Assembly (NCBI RefSeq): GCF_001194135.2
Contig: NC_068991.1
Span: 6,491,750-6,555,749 of the forward strand
Reading direction: 5' to 3'
DNA length: 64,000 nucleotides
Source of the DNA: Octopus bimaculoides
Taxonomy: Eukaryota
The notes beneath the pieces were generated by a model. It had not been told where the DNA came from, searched no databases, and worked only from the letters and a program-made list of their open reading frames with translations. The position numbers were made by a program, and so were the translations under genes. Of this stretch, positions 36,073-49,684 are shown piece by piece. Every line of letters starts with the position of its first letter. Within the stretch, counting starts at the first letter, position 1.

Positions 36073-38149
36073 TTAAAATATAATAATGATGATGATAATT
36101 TCTTTATTTGGTTCAAGGGCAACACAAATAGAAAGTGTTTGATTGCATAAACGAAGACAAATGTTTAGGGATGTCTACGTATACCAAAGTACAAAAGACA
36201 ATGTACAACAAAGTTGCACAATCACCTGTGAATACAAATACACAAGCAAGTATATCATCTATCTTTCTATGCATCTATCTATCTATCTATCTATCTATCT
36301 AGAGAGAGAGAGAGAAATACAGATATACACACGATATAGCAACACACACACACACACACACACACACAGAATGTAGGCTGGGTCACATGTTTGATATTCC
36401 GTTTCTTTTGTATTTCTGTAGCAGTGGTTCTCAACCAGGGTCCATGAGACCTTTTGGGGTAGATATAAGGTTTTGTTGTTAAAATTGATGTGCAATAAAT
36501 CGGTTATATTTCCACAATACACACAAAATTTTAACAATTTTTAAAATATAATTCCCGATATTTAATTATAAAAATATGAGATTTTTTTAAAACATCGAAT
36601 GGATATGCGGGTCCATCAGAATAAAACACGAATCAAAGAAATCCATAAGTAAAAAAGAAAAAAAAGGACTGAAGACCAATGTTCTATAAGACTGAATCAA
36701 TTGTTGATTCAAAAAGTGTAATAATAATAATAATTTTCAGAGAACTTTTTAATGTGATGTACAGGATATGTGTGAGAGATATTCGAACCTTGTATCATTG
36801 GAAAACTTGAACGAATATAATTGCAAATTAATACTTGTTGCGCAGTGGCAACAGATACCCCCCCCCCACCAAACCTGACTTCTACAACACGTCTATTAAT
36901 ATATGTTTCAAATTTCGAGGTCGATTAAATAAGTACCAGTTACGCACTGGGGGTCGATGTAATCGACTTCATCCCTTTGTCTGTCCCCTCTATGGACAAT
37001 AAAGAAATAAATAATTCAAACTATTCTGCTTTATTACATTATTGTATTTTTTTATCTTACTAAAAGTGATTGAGAGCAAAAGGTTTGCATTAAGATTTTA
37101 CGAAATTATCCCGATTTTACTCTTCACCTCGGCAGAAAAAAGTGCGTATTGTACATGGATCTCAGTAGATCAATGGTATATATTTTATCGAACCCAATTG
37201 AATTAAAGCTGAAGTCGACCCCGCTGGAATTTGAATTCGAAATATAGAAAGACGAAAATGAATGGACTAAATGTACACGCTAATAATCTGAACATTAAAA
37301 TTCTTTCTTAGTTTGGCACAAGATCAGCAGTTTTAAGGAGAAGGAATTATTCGATTACATCGACCCCAGTGTTGAAATGATAATTATTTTATCGACGGCG
37401 AACTAGTGAAGTCTACCTCGACGGAATTTGAACTCAGAACGTAGAGCGCCAGAAACTGAACATTAAAATTAACAACACTCATCGAGCACATAATTTTACG
37501 CGAATATTTCAATAGACAACTGTTACATTTATGAGATAAAGTATATTTTTGGAATAAGGAGTAATTTGTGACCTTTTGTAGGTCAGAAATTGGGACAGAA
37601 CTTTCGCTAAAAATACCTGACTAGGGAGCCATAGTACAATGTATAGTTTTTAATAATTCTACCAAAGTATTGGGCAACATAAACACAGGCAAAACTTCAA
37701 ACTGAAAACTTTGACAGAACTGCCATGCAACCGTCAAAGTTAGAGTGGTGACTTGTCCAAGTAGGAATGGCTGGGTGATTAAGAAGCTCGCTTTGTAAGC
37801 GCGTGGTTTCGGGTTCAGTACCACCGCAGAACATCTTGGGTATAAAAAGAAAATAAGTCCTAGGATCGGTTAGTACGACAAAAATTCTTCAAGGCGGTGG
37901 CCTGTCATGGCTGCAGTCTAATGACTGAAACAAGTAAAGAGATAAGAGATTTATATATAAAAGAATCTCAGTTGGATATCGATAGTTTAAAATTTTTGGT
38001 AAATTAGTGGCGGAAAAAGATTTAGCATCAAAATTTGTGTTTTACGTTCATTAATATTTGAACGTGAAATTCTTCGAGGGGATGAAACGAGTTGAAGGGT
38101 AAGCATTAATTATTGTCTTCATGAGATTCCTCTGTCGAAGTTTGTTGAT

Positions 38150-38430
38150 TTCTTCAGGACAATGTGTACTGCCAGTGAAAAGACGCGAGGCGACAGGATA
38201 CGGCCGTGCCCCACTCTAGTGAAAATGTCGATGTCTGTTTACCTTGTCTCCGTTCGAATACAGCATCACAAATTCGAGTAACATTATCAATGTTAATCAG
38301 ATTGTGTTCATTATTCGCAAAGATGTTGACAACGCGAAGAGAAATGCCATAGTGCAAACCGATGCTCCATGGGAACTCTACGAATACTATCAAATGGCTT
38401 TTTAATGTCAAATTTAATGCCAGTGATCTT
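38150..38430 (-). mobile_element. LINE reverse-transcriptase fragment (RTE-like, decayed)
   Basis: IKFDIKKPFDSIRR...YGISLRVVNI resembles DFKKAFDS / YGIP motifs. Confidence 0.55.
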
Positions 38431-41400
38431 TGATGCTCAACTCACTGTTTAGTGATGCAGAAAAAAACTGCTGACAACAGAAATCAGTGGCATCAGCTTA
38501 CTGCCCAATATGCTCGAAAGCACATGAAGAACTGATATCGATACTGTAATTACGTTTGTAATTAGTGTTTTAATTGTGCAAAATAAACAATATATCATTC
38601 AGTTCCAGGTCATAGGTTATATTTTAAATTAATTATTTCGAAAGGAGAATCAAAGTGAAACAGGATCCAGTTTTCAATGCAACACGGAACTCGGAATTCG
38701 GTCAGTTCTAAAGCAGAGGGAAATGTCATCAGTTCTATGTATTGTCACGTAAAGCTGAAGTGTTCGATAATAGTTTGATAAACAATTATTGGGTTTCATT
38801 ATCAATGTTGATCGGTTTGTTCTAATTTATTCATAAAGTTTTCCAAGGAAGAATTGTGGAAATAGCAATAATTTCCTGAGACAACTACCCAGAATGGTTA
38901 ACATTTGTCCATCATCTGATACTGTTCGGGTGGATATTTTAGACAAGAATATTGTTTCACTAAAGTTTATCTGGAAACAGAAAAAGCGGACACAGAAGTA
39001 ATGACAGTGAACTGATTCTGGAAGCATTTATCAAACGATTATCCAACACTTTAGCGTCCATTTGTTATAAATAGAAATGACGAACGTCGACGCATTTTAT
39101 CATGGAAAAAAATTCACGATCAGGGATTTGGTTTTTATTTCACGGACTGCAAATATCGTTAAAGCAGCTGACCTTTGCTGACATGGCTTTTTTTTTTTTT
39201 TTTTTTTTTTTTTTTGAGTGATTTTGAGATATATAACCAAAATTAGAAACCTTAGATGACAGAATTTTGAAAAACACGAGATAATGAAAATCGGGTCTCC
39301 GTATCTTTATAGGGGTCTAATTTTTTTTATTTCACGGACAACAATACTCTTTGAGCGGCTGACCTTTGCTGATATGTTTTCTTTCAGTTTTCTTTTTTTT
39401 TCTTTCTATAGCAGTTTGACTGAATTAAAAATTTGTGACCAAAATTAGGTATATTAAATGACAGAATTTTGAAAACTACGAGAGTGCCTTGATATTGAAC
39501 CCGTTGAGAACAGATAACATCTAATGATTATCATTTAAACTATAGATCTCACTGAGAAATGAACACTTTACTCAGTACTCTTGAGTGCTTGATCATTTCA
39601 ATCAAAATTCCTATCAAAATACCTCAAACAAACATTCTAGTCAAACTAGCCAACGCTGCATTTTAAGCTTAATCGCAAATCTTATCGACATAACAACCAA
39701 AGCATTGGCCAACACCCATTCCAGCACACAAATGAAAGCTCCAACTAAAAGCACTCCACTCAACCTTTTGAACACATCAGATAACTTCGCATTCAACAGT
39801 AAAGTCAGTTCAGTTTTTCAATAAATACTTCAATCTAACTCCACTTAAAACCTCTTTCTATAACCCCAGGCAAACTATCACGCTCCGTTATCACCTTATC
39901 ATGCAGTAAGAGTGACTATGTTTAATCCACCCTTTTTATCATAATAATGACGTAATCATAATATTTTGGTGTCTAGTTTACACGAATGCTTCCACATTTC
40001 AGCCTGTATTAATATATGTTTGATGTAGCTGCATAACTAGATTAATATTTACAATAAACATTTGTGTGTCGACGATGCTGTTGCACTCCATCTCCGAATG
40101 CAGGAGTTGATGTCTCACCAAGCGGTGAATCATCTCTGTCGGGCTTTCGGCCCCTTCTGCTGCGACACGGGCCAGATTTGTAGCTAATAAGGGAGCGACC
40201 ACTCTCTGCGAACACATTTTAAAAAATTGGCGCCTTTTCAACAATTTTTAAAAACTCTTTGGTTCACTTGTCCGATAAAAGTCGAACCTCTTTGTCAGTC
40301 TGTCTCTCTTGGTCATGGAAGAACTTTCTGGAATCAATACTTTATTTGACCAACCTCCCGTGCTTTTGAACTGTCTGTTTTATCCCCTGTGATGTGCTGG
40401 TGGCCGCTGACAACTGAAGGATCAAAACAAACCCTGTCATCATAACCTTTGCCTTTCATCCTTTCGGGGTCGATAAATTAAGTACCAGTTGCGTACTGAG
40501 GTCGATCTAATCGACTGGTCCCCTCCCCCAAAATTTCGGGCCTTTTGCCTAGAGTAGAAAAGAATATAATGAAGCAATTCGCATAACTGTACATATTCCT
40601 AGGTCCATGTAAAGCTAGTAATAACCCGTGGCCAGATGTGAAATACATCCCTCATTTCAAATGACTCATTTTATTCGGATTAACTCTTGTTTCAGTTACT
40701 GGGCTGCGGTCATGCTAGGACACCACCTTCAGTTTCATAGAGTGGCACCATGGGCAAATGTCGTCTACTGCAGCCTCTGGCCAACTAATGCATTGTGAGC
40801 GAATNNNNNNNNNNNNNNNNNNNNNNNNNNNNNNNNNNNNNNNNNNNNNNNNNNNNNNNNNNNNNNNNNNNNNNNNNNNNNNNNNNNNNNNNNNNNNNNN
40901 NNNNNNNNNNNNNNNNNNNNNNNNNNNNNNNNNNNNNNNNNNNNNNNNNNNNNNNNNNNNNNNNNNNNNNNNNNNNNNNNNNNNNNNNNNNNNNNNNNNN
41001 NNNNNNNNNNNNNNNNNNNNNNNNNNNNNNNNNNNNNNNNNNNNTATATATTAGCGTTTCGGTAAAAGAGACTGATAGAATAAGTACCAGACTTAAAAGT
41101 ACTAGGGTTGATTTGTTTGACTAAAATCCTTCAGCGCCCCAGCATGGCCACAGTCCAATAACTGAAACAAGTAAAAGGTAAATAGTATATATATGTCACT
41201 AAGCCACTACAGACTGGGCAGAGTGGAGTTCGGGTGGGCCAGTTGGCATAATGCGGCGATTTTGAGTGAGGCTTCTTCCCTTGGTTAGAAACAGGCAAGA
41301 TTTTCTTTTGGTTAAGTATGTGAAAGCGCCGAGAGTGTTCTATGTTCAGGTTTTTTTTTTTTCAACATTTTCAAGTGAAAACTGGAACGCATCTTCGCAT

Positions 41401-42149
41401 CATAAAATATGTTAGCCCACATTTATTGTATCCTGAACGCTGAAGATGTTCCGAGCAAAAACAGGACCAATGAGTGGCAGCGTAACAAAACAGGAATAAT
41501 TTTTTCCAGAACAGAAACCATCATTTAAGCAATTAAAAATGAATAAATAATTGAAAACTAAGTAAAAATTCACAATGATGGTCATTGATAGCCTTGGCAA
41601 ATGTTCTATTTCTTCTGTAAATTCCCAAGCTGATCTGATGTTATTTCTGGAATGGCTAGATAAACGCCCATGCTTTGATAACCCTGTGATTGCTAATGTA
41701 TATATACAGAGATAATACAAGCCAGTGGTCCTTGCAAGAGATAACAACAAAATCAATGTTGGCATTATCGCAGAATTAACTGATAAGGTAGTAAAAGCAT
41801 TATTCCATCTAATATTGGTAAACGGGGACAAGGATATTTAGAATGGGAACAATTGATTTGGAACTTTGTTAACGATATGATCACTAAAGTGCACGTAGAA
41901 CCGCGTGGTTAAGTAGTGTTTCGTAACCATGCTGTTCCAGGTTCGACCTCACCTCACACGCTTCACCATAAATAACTGTTTTCTCCTGTACTCTTAAACT
42001 GACCACTACATCGGATGAAAGTGGAATTGATAGACAGAAACTCCAAGAGCCTGTGGGATTTTTTTCCATTCTTTGTTTTACGATGCACCTGGACATATCA
42101 TCAGTGATGTTTCCTTGGGGTCACTTGTATTTCAAGTATTTGAACATCA

Positions 42150-42540
42150 GACACCCTCATGCAGATAACCAAGTCCTAGCTTGTATCCAGTTAGCACTAC
42201 CCCTGGTAACACTGCTTCTTAGGCTTGCATCTTCTGATCTACAACTACCTTCAGGTAACCACTGTAACCTCAAGAGCCAACCTGATGGCCTCCTATGGAT
42301 TGGTCCCTGTGGCGCCAAGCACGTTGCCAGTCCCAATCCCTCCACAGAGGGATTGGGACTAGCCTGCGAACTCCTTGCATCCAACCTTGATGGGATCACA
42401 CCTTACTTGCGAGGAAACGTGGTTTTCTGTAAGCGACACAATGTAGGTGTTCGTACACAGGACCTACGTGAAGGTGGTTTATCTGGAACATTGGTTCGAG
42501 GCAGGAGAACTGCGGAGGAGGCCGTGAATATCTGACCCTA
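42150..42540 (-). mobile_element. RLE-clade (HERO/NeSL-like) non-LTR retrotransposon 3' fragment
   Basis: VRCDPIKVGCKEFAG*SQSLC...NVLGATG...AIRLALE...L*IRR resembles the PIEVGCRGFAGQSLC...LWIRR C-terminus of restriction-like-endonuclease LINEs. Confidence 0.6.
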
Positions 42541-42864
42541 AAAAACAATAAAAATAAAAAATAAAACATCGTAGCACTTTTGAACATGGAGCCCTCTACC
42601 ACTAGTCCGGAGCCTGAAACAGTCTTGTGTCGCTTGTAAAGGTTTCTCTGCAAAGCCCTACTTGTATGCCAGCAGGGATTGCATTGCTAGTATCTATTAT
42701 ACAAACTAACGAAGTTATCTCATACCCACTCTAATGAGTGAGTCGCGAACTAAAGAAACGGGTCTTTGAATTGACACTCGAGCTACAAGAAATATTAATT
42801 CAATCACACATTACCATCTTATACAAAAGACGGAAACATTTGATAATGTAGTGCTGAGATATAC

Positions 42865-43008
42865 CGTCTGAAAACGAAGCGAGATGATACTCCAATAGAA
42901 CAGACCTGGGGTTAACAACAACGAGACTACCTATTCGTTCATTAGCGACAGTGTTTCTATATAGCAGCTGATTCTGTTTCAAATAACTGTCAAAATCACT
43001 GTCTGTCT
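42865..43008 (-). CDS. Possible exon of an unidentified minus-strand gene (TDSDFDSYLKQNQLLYRNTVANERIGSLVVVNPRSVLLEYHLASFSD)
   Basis: 144-nt phase 1-1 open segment with AG/GT ends, protein-like composition; no homology recognised. Confidence 0.3.
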
Positions 43009-43041
43009 CTATTTGTTGCAAGGATAGTGGAGCATCATACA

Positions 43042-43591
43042 CAGAGTTATTCAAAAAGAATGAACCGATTTCATTATGCAATATCTTAAGGATAAACAAT
43101 ACAAAACTCCAGCCCCGTTACAAGTATTTACTCACAATCAACTTTTATTTCCTGTGTTCAACGTGGCCACCATCTGCAGCAAGGGCAACATGAATGCGAT
43201 AAGAGAATTCCTCTCAGACGCGTATCAACATATCACGATCCACTGAGTTGATCGCTGTTCTTATTCGATGTGTGTGATTTTTTCTTGTGGGGATATGTAT
43301 AAGATCACGTTTATGTTCCACCGCTACCCACTAACCTCGATGACCTTAAACGTCGAATAATACCAGCGATTAACTCAGTGAATCGGGATATGCTGATACA
43401 CGTCTGGAAAGAATTCTCTTATCGCATTCATGTTGACCGTGCTGCAGGTGGTGGCCACATTGAACACTTATAAGACAGGAAATAAAAGCTGATGGTGAGT
43501 AAATACTTTTGACTTAGCTGGAGTTTTCTATTGCTTTTCCTTATTAAAACAATGCGTAATGGAATCGGTTCATTCTTTTTGAATAACCCCG
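43042..43591. mobile_element. Tc1/mariner-derived fold-back element with about 230-bp inverted arms
   Basis: Arms 43042-43271 and 43350-43591 are reverse complements (about 80% by eye); plus strand encodes DFFLWGYV*DHVYVPPLPTNLDDLKRRI...GGGHIEHL*, a transposase C-terminus; TA at right flank. Confidence 0.85.
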
Positions 43592-46500
43592 TATAATTTT
43601 GCAAACACAAGCGCGCGCATACGCATTCTTTTACAAATAAATTTTGTGATAAATTTTTATGGTGGATGTAACTTATTTCAAGGTTATTGGCAGAACCAGC
43701 GTCAATAAACACTTATAAAGGTTCGCCCACCATAACAATAATAGCAGTTATACCAATCGCAAAAATTATAAATTTAATGACAAGAGAGATATACGGGTAT
43801 TTGTGAATGAGCACTGAATGGTTATATCAATTGCAAAGAATGATTGAGGCATACACCCAGCGTCGCCTACCGCATGAAGACTTAAGAATAAAATGGAAGC
43901 TAGCAAACTTGATGCAGCTATTTTAGTACTGTTAAAATCATTGCTATTCTGAGACGACCTCTGTCATGGACACAATAATATCCAAACGAAACTAATTACA
44001 AATGAAAAGGAGGAAGAGCTTATTTCAATAATCTCAATCTCATACTGTAGAATACGTACAATATGTCGGATCATTTGTTACTACGTACGAAAGACGCCGA
44101 AGTCACGAATCAAAATGTCTTTTTCTTTTTTGCTTGACCTTGATTAACTCTAAAAAGTTAAATTAAATAGTATCGTATGTTTAAAATAGCAAAGGAGGGA
44201 GATAAAGCATTCACCGGATACTTTTATCAATATTTTTGCAGCTCCAAGTTTAGACTTGTTTATTTATATATATATATATATCTGTGCGTGTGTGTTATAA
44301 GAAGCTGAAGTTTTTTTTAATTGTTGCGTTGAGTTTCACTGTGTCGATTATCCAGACGATTGAAAAAAGAGGGGCAGTGTAATAATATTATAAGCATAAA
44401 TATCTTTAAACACTAAAATATGATTAGTCATCGAGATGTTATTGCTTTCTCCCTCACCAAAAAGAAGTTAGAAAATGCGTCACACATTCGTTTATTCAAT
44501 TGTCTTATGCAGAAAATTTAATCTATTCACATTACGATATGATATTTTCATATCTTCAGTATTGTATGTATAAACACTCACAAATCTAGGGAGGTAATTA
44601 CTGATGTAGTTTAAGGGTTCATGGATAGCTGAATGTCGTTTTTTTTTTTTTATCTCTTTAGATTTTTTTTTTTAATATGAAGATCTTTTCAGGTATAAAA
44701 ACTTCCTTGCTTAGAAAATAAACTATTTTATCCAGTTGGCACTTGGAAATTCCTCAGGCAGTATCGTCTGAAGTAACAAGAAGTAACCAATTCCAATGAT
44801 AATTCTTTTGCTCAAAATTGCAAAAAATTGTCATGGAACGGTATATTTTTCTGAAGAAGGAGGATGGCACATTCTGGAGCAGTCAGTGTAAGGGTTGTGT
44901 ATTCTATATTTGACCAATCGATTTATAATTGACAATTATACCATCCTTTAAACTGCAGATATATTTAGATAGTGAGGTGTCTTTCTAAGTGTACGAATGT
45001 ATGCATATGTTGTTAGAATCTTTATTAAACTGAAGTAGACTGGCTGTGGTGGTCTGCGTCGGCAAGACATAATATTTAAAAAGAGAAAAAGCAAAGTGTA
45101 CAGTGAGATTGCCGTAAGGACTGGAGTATCCGACGTTTCGGGCAGAGACCTTTGGGATAAAGCATATTGGAAAGAAATACAAGACAACAGAATTTTATAT
45201 CCTCTATGTTTGAGAAATTGGCTGCCTTTAATGGGGAGCGCAGGATAACGTGAGCTAGCATATTTTAGAAGGAAGTAGCAGAAGAGAGAAACTAATTGAG
45301 AAAGGGAGATTAAAAGAGAAAGGAAAAATGGCAGATAGAAGGAAGTAGGTGAAGCCAAAGGAAATTAATACACACACACAATTTGATGAATCCGATGATG
45401 GCTTAGCTGACCAAGACTTCGAAGTCGCTGTCAACACTATTCTTATTACAGAACAATAAATTTGTACTGTACTAAAAGTATTCAGTAAATTATTTTTACT
45501 ACATTAAAAAAATGCGCGCGCGCACATATATATATATATATATATAGCTGAATATTCTTTCTTTTTCACATTGGAATCTATGCTAAATTCTAAGATAGCG
45601 TGTTGGTACATATGTCCATGAGGGTAACAAATGACAAAAAAAAAAAGAAAATTAATTTTTTTCAGTCTATGTTTGTCTATATTTTTATCTATCAGGATGT
45701 GTGTCAATGTATGTGTATGTGTATACACACCCTATTTACTTTTCTGAATGTATTTATGGATATATGTATATGTTTCTACGTACGTGGGTATACATGTATT
45801 TATGTGTTGTATGTACGCGATGTGTGCGTTTATTTGTATGTGTGTGTGTGTAAATCTAGTATTTACGTATGTGTTTGGAGTGCGTGTGTTTCATAAATGT
45901 GTATGCTGTGGTGTGTATATGTATCAGTTTATATATGTGTGTGTGTGTGCATGTTTTGTTTATTTCGAAGGACGATATCAACCCCGGGTGTAATTATCTT
46001 TATTTTTTTCCCATCCAACTTTGATTCTATCCACCTCTTTCTTTTACGCACACACACTCACACACAATGTATGTGTGTGAGTGTGTGTGTATGCTTGTCT
46101 CCTCTGTCACTCCCTCTTTCGGAAGGGCTGGTTGGGTAGCGGGAATTAATCGATTCTTTTAAAAGAAAGGCTAAATCTTAAGTGGTTTGTGTAGCCATAC
46201 TCAGACGAAGATTAGACTGTTTCAAATATATATATATATATATATATATATAATTCCTCAACAAGAATAGCATTGACAGTGACTTTCGAAGTTTCGGCCA
46301 GCTCATCATCAGACTGTGGTGCATGAAGTTAATCTTGGCTTTATATAGTCACTGTTGGATAAAAATTTTTCTGGAGTTTGTGGGGCTCTGTTGAATGGTA
46401 ATTAGGTACTTGGGTGGGTTCTGATAGAGAGGTGTTGCATAGAAAATTAACTGATAAAATTTAGGATTATATTATTTTTCAGAATTTATTCATGCGCAGA

Positions 46501-47506
46501 GAACTTTACAAAAGGTTTGCATATATATAAGTAAGGTTGCAGAAAAAGCAATGAGCAGGCAGAAGTACGAGAGCGTCGCACACCATCTTCTCTTCCCGAT
46601 TCATTACATTCGGAGTCAACTTTGCCTTTCACCCCTTTCGGGTTCGATAAAATAAAGTACCAGTCAAGTACAGAGGTCAATGTAATCGACTTGACCCCTC
46701 CTCCCTCAAAATCGATGGCCTTGTGCCAAAATCCGAAACATATTTATATGTGTGTCTTTATGAAGAGAAACTCATACATATATAGAGCCGACGAAAACAA
46801 ATACAGAAACATACGCGCACACATGCACTCACTCAGATAACCAAACTACTACAGTCAGACAATAAACACTCACACACTGTCATAGAAGTTACAGCACGTA
46901 CACATTCAGATAATGGCACCATCAAAAACTTATAACACACACACGCGCAGATAATCATGCGAACAACATAAGACACAGTTCCCAAGAGATTAAAAAATAG
47001 GAGATAGTTTTCCTCTCTAACGAAATCGATTGCTCAACCGGGGTAACTTCGGAGTAACTGACTACAAAATTGTTTCACCCACTGGACTGCAACTATACTC
47101 GAGTGATACTCGAGAGGGTTTAACCCATCATATCGGCCTCAATATTTCCATGTAGTACTTTTTTCTTATAGTTGTCCATTTATCGAAACGCTAAATTACG
47201 ACAGATAAAATTGCAAAAAATAATCACAGCACAAGTTTTAACAAGAATAAAATCCCCTCGGTGGGATTTGAACTCAGAACGTGCTGACAAACGAATTGCC
47301 GTCAAGCATTTCGCCCGGCGTGCTTACGATTCTGCCAGCTCGCCACCTTATATAAGTCTATAAATAAGTCTTTCTACCCTAGGTACAAGGCTTGAAATTT
47401 GGGGGAGGGGTCTAGTCGATTACATAGTCCTCAGTACGTAACTGGTACTTATTTCATCGACCTCGAAAGAATAAAAAACAAAGTCGACCACGGCGGAATT
47501 TGAACT

Positions 47507-48257
47507 GGATCTATTTTAAAACGGGGGCGCCAGTATTTTCTTAACGAAACACTTTGAAACTTGGGACACTGGTAGAACGTGTCATATAAAACATCTTTTA
47601 CTCTTAGTCTTCTTAACANNNNNNNNNNNNNNNNNNNNNNNNNNNNNNNNNNNNNNNNNNNNNNNNNNNNNNNNNNNNNNNNNNNNNNNNNNNNNNNNNN
47701 NNNNNNNNNNNNNNNNNNNNNNNNNNNNNNNNNNNNNNNNNNNNNNNNNNNNNNNNNNNNNNNNNNNNNNNNNNNNNNNNNNNNNNNNNNNNNNNNNNNN
47801 NNNNNNNNNNNNNNNNNNNNNNNNNNNNNNNNNNNNNNNNNNNNNNNNNNNNNNNNNNNNNNNNNNNNNNNNNNNNNNNNNNNNNNNNNNNNNNNNNNNN
47901 NNNNNNNNNNNNNNNNNNNNNNNNNNNNNNNNNNNNNNNNNNNNNNNNNNNNNNNNNNNNNNNNNNNNNNNNNNNNNNNNNNNNNNNNNNNNNNNNNNNN
48001 NNNNNNNNNNNNNNNNNNNNNNNNNNNNNNNNNNNNNNNNNNNNNNNNNNNATGTATATCGGCTGAATAGACGTCAGTGATTAGTAGAAATTATCGAAAT
48101 AAGACAATTTTTTACATGAAATAAATCCGAATACAAAAATATTTTTCTGTTCTATAACACAAAATAGATAAGTATACGAAGTTTGAAAGTCTTTCCGTAC
48201 CAAAAACACTACATAAAACATAAATGAAAACTGGCGCCCCCGTTTTAAAATAGATCC
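47507..48257. mobile_element. Non-autonomous DNA transposon (Merlin-like) inserted in a family B SINE
   Basis: Perfect 28-bp TIR GGATCTATTTTAAAACGGGGGCGCCAGT, 8-bp TSD TTTGAACT (47499-506, 48258-65); interior partly in N gap. Confidence 0.85.
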
Positions 48258-49645
48258 TTTGAACTTGAAACATAGCAGCAGACGAAATACCAAGTATTTA
48301 GCCCAGCGTGCTAACGCTCCTGCCAGCTCGCTGCCTTACATAAATCTAGAAACAATGGCACAGGAATATTAGTTTGAAACACTAAAGTTTTCTAAAACAT
48401 TCTGCCATCTTCCGACTCGGTAGAGTGGTTTAAGATGTCTGAACGAAATATTGCAACATTGCTATTTCTGTGTTTCACTATATTTTACGATAAGTAACTT
48501 GTTATCACACACACACACACACACACACACAAGAAACTGAAAGGTGACGGGCTTATCTGCAAACCTTCAGATTATTGCTAACACACACGCGCGCGCGCAC
48601 GCACGCAATCATATGTTCTTTTTCCTAGGGAACCGAACTGTTGACAGAGTTGTCGGTGGATCGTCTTGACATACGACCTGCCCTGGGTACTTTAAATCTG
48701 GCAGAAACCGTCTGTCTACAGTTCTAAACCTACACCGAGGGAGGGAGGAGGAAAAAGTGGGGTGGAAGGTGGAGGGAGGGAGAAAACAGGGTAGATGGGA
48801 CTGGTACACTATTTACCGACCCCGAATGATGAAAGGCAAAGTTACCCTCGGTAGGATTTAATCTCTAGTTGGAGAGAGCCGAAACGAAATCCGCAAACGA
48901 CTGATAACCCCCCTCTCTCTCTCTTTACCTATAATTGGTGCACTTTGTGTTGTGAGTGACAACCTGGAAAATCTAGAGTTTACAGAAAGAAAAAACAACA
49001 ACAATCAGCTAACATAGACATGGCAAACATGATCCGTATGAGGAACAACAAAACTATGCAAGACATTTTCAAGTTTAAAATGAATGTTTTTAATTTACGT
49101 CCCAATGACAGACTTTTATCGCTTTTGTAGAAACCAGTTCCTTCCTTACAGGAAGGCGTCAAATAATTAAAAACAAGAGAATAAATATCATATACACATG
49201 ACGAGCTTCTGCACAGATTCTACCAATCAAATTCTACTCACAAGGCAAGTATCGTAGGGAAGTCGAGGCTACGATAAAAGTCAGCCATCGGTTCCAACGG
49301 AGCAGCGTCTTCGAGGTGGAATCACTTTCTGAATGGAGCGCAAATTACTCTCTCAAACTTTCTCGACGTACACCCCCATCATTGTGAATTTCTTTGTGGC
49401 AGTTTCAGATTTCAAAGTGAATTGAAATCATTCTGCTAATTCAACCCATATTGCAAATTATATTGAACTCTTGGATCAACTTCAACAGTAAAACTTGCAC
49501 AAGTTATCCTACAGTGGGATCGAACTCAAAACTGCGTGGTTGCAAAGTGCCAAATTCTTAACCACACAACAATTCTTGCACCACACGCACACATACACAC
49601 TCTTTCTTTCTCTCTCTCATAGAGAGAGAGAGAGAAAGCGAGAGA

Positions 49646-49684
<39 letters not shown>

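Noticed and set aside
41412-41831. 139-aa minus ORF
   Set aside because: No recognisable domain or splice context; more likely decayed repeat
42290-42400. HDV-like ribozyme using the hairpin as P4
   Set aside because: GG before and CAA after the stem exist on the minus strand, but I could not find matching P1, P2 or P3 pairings
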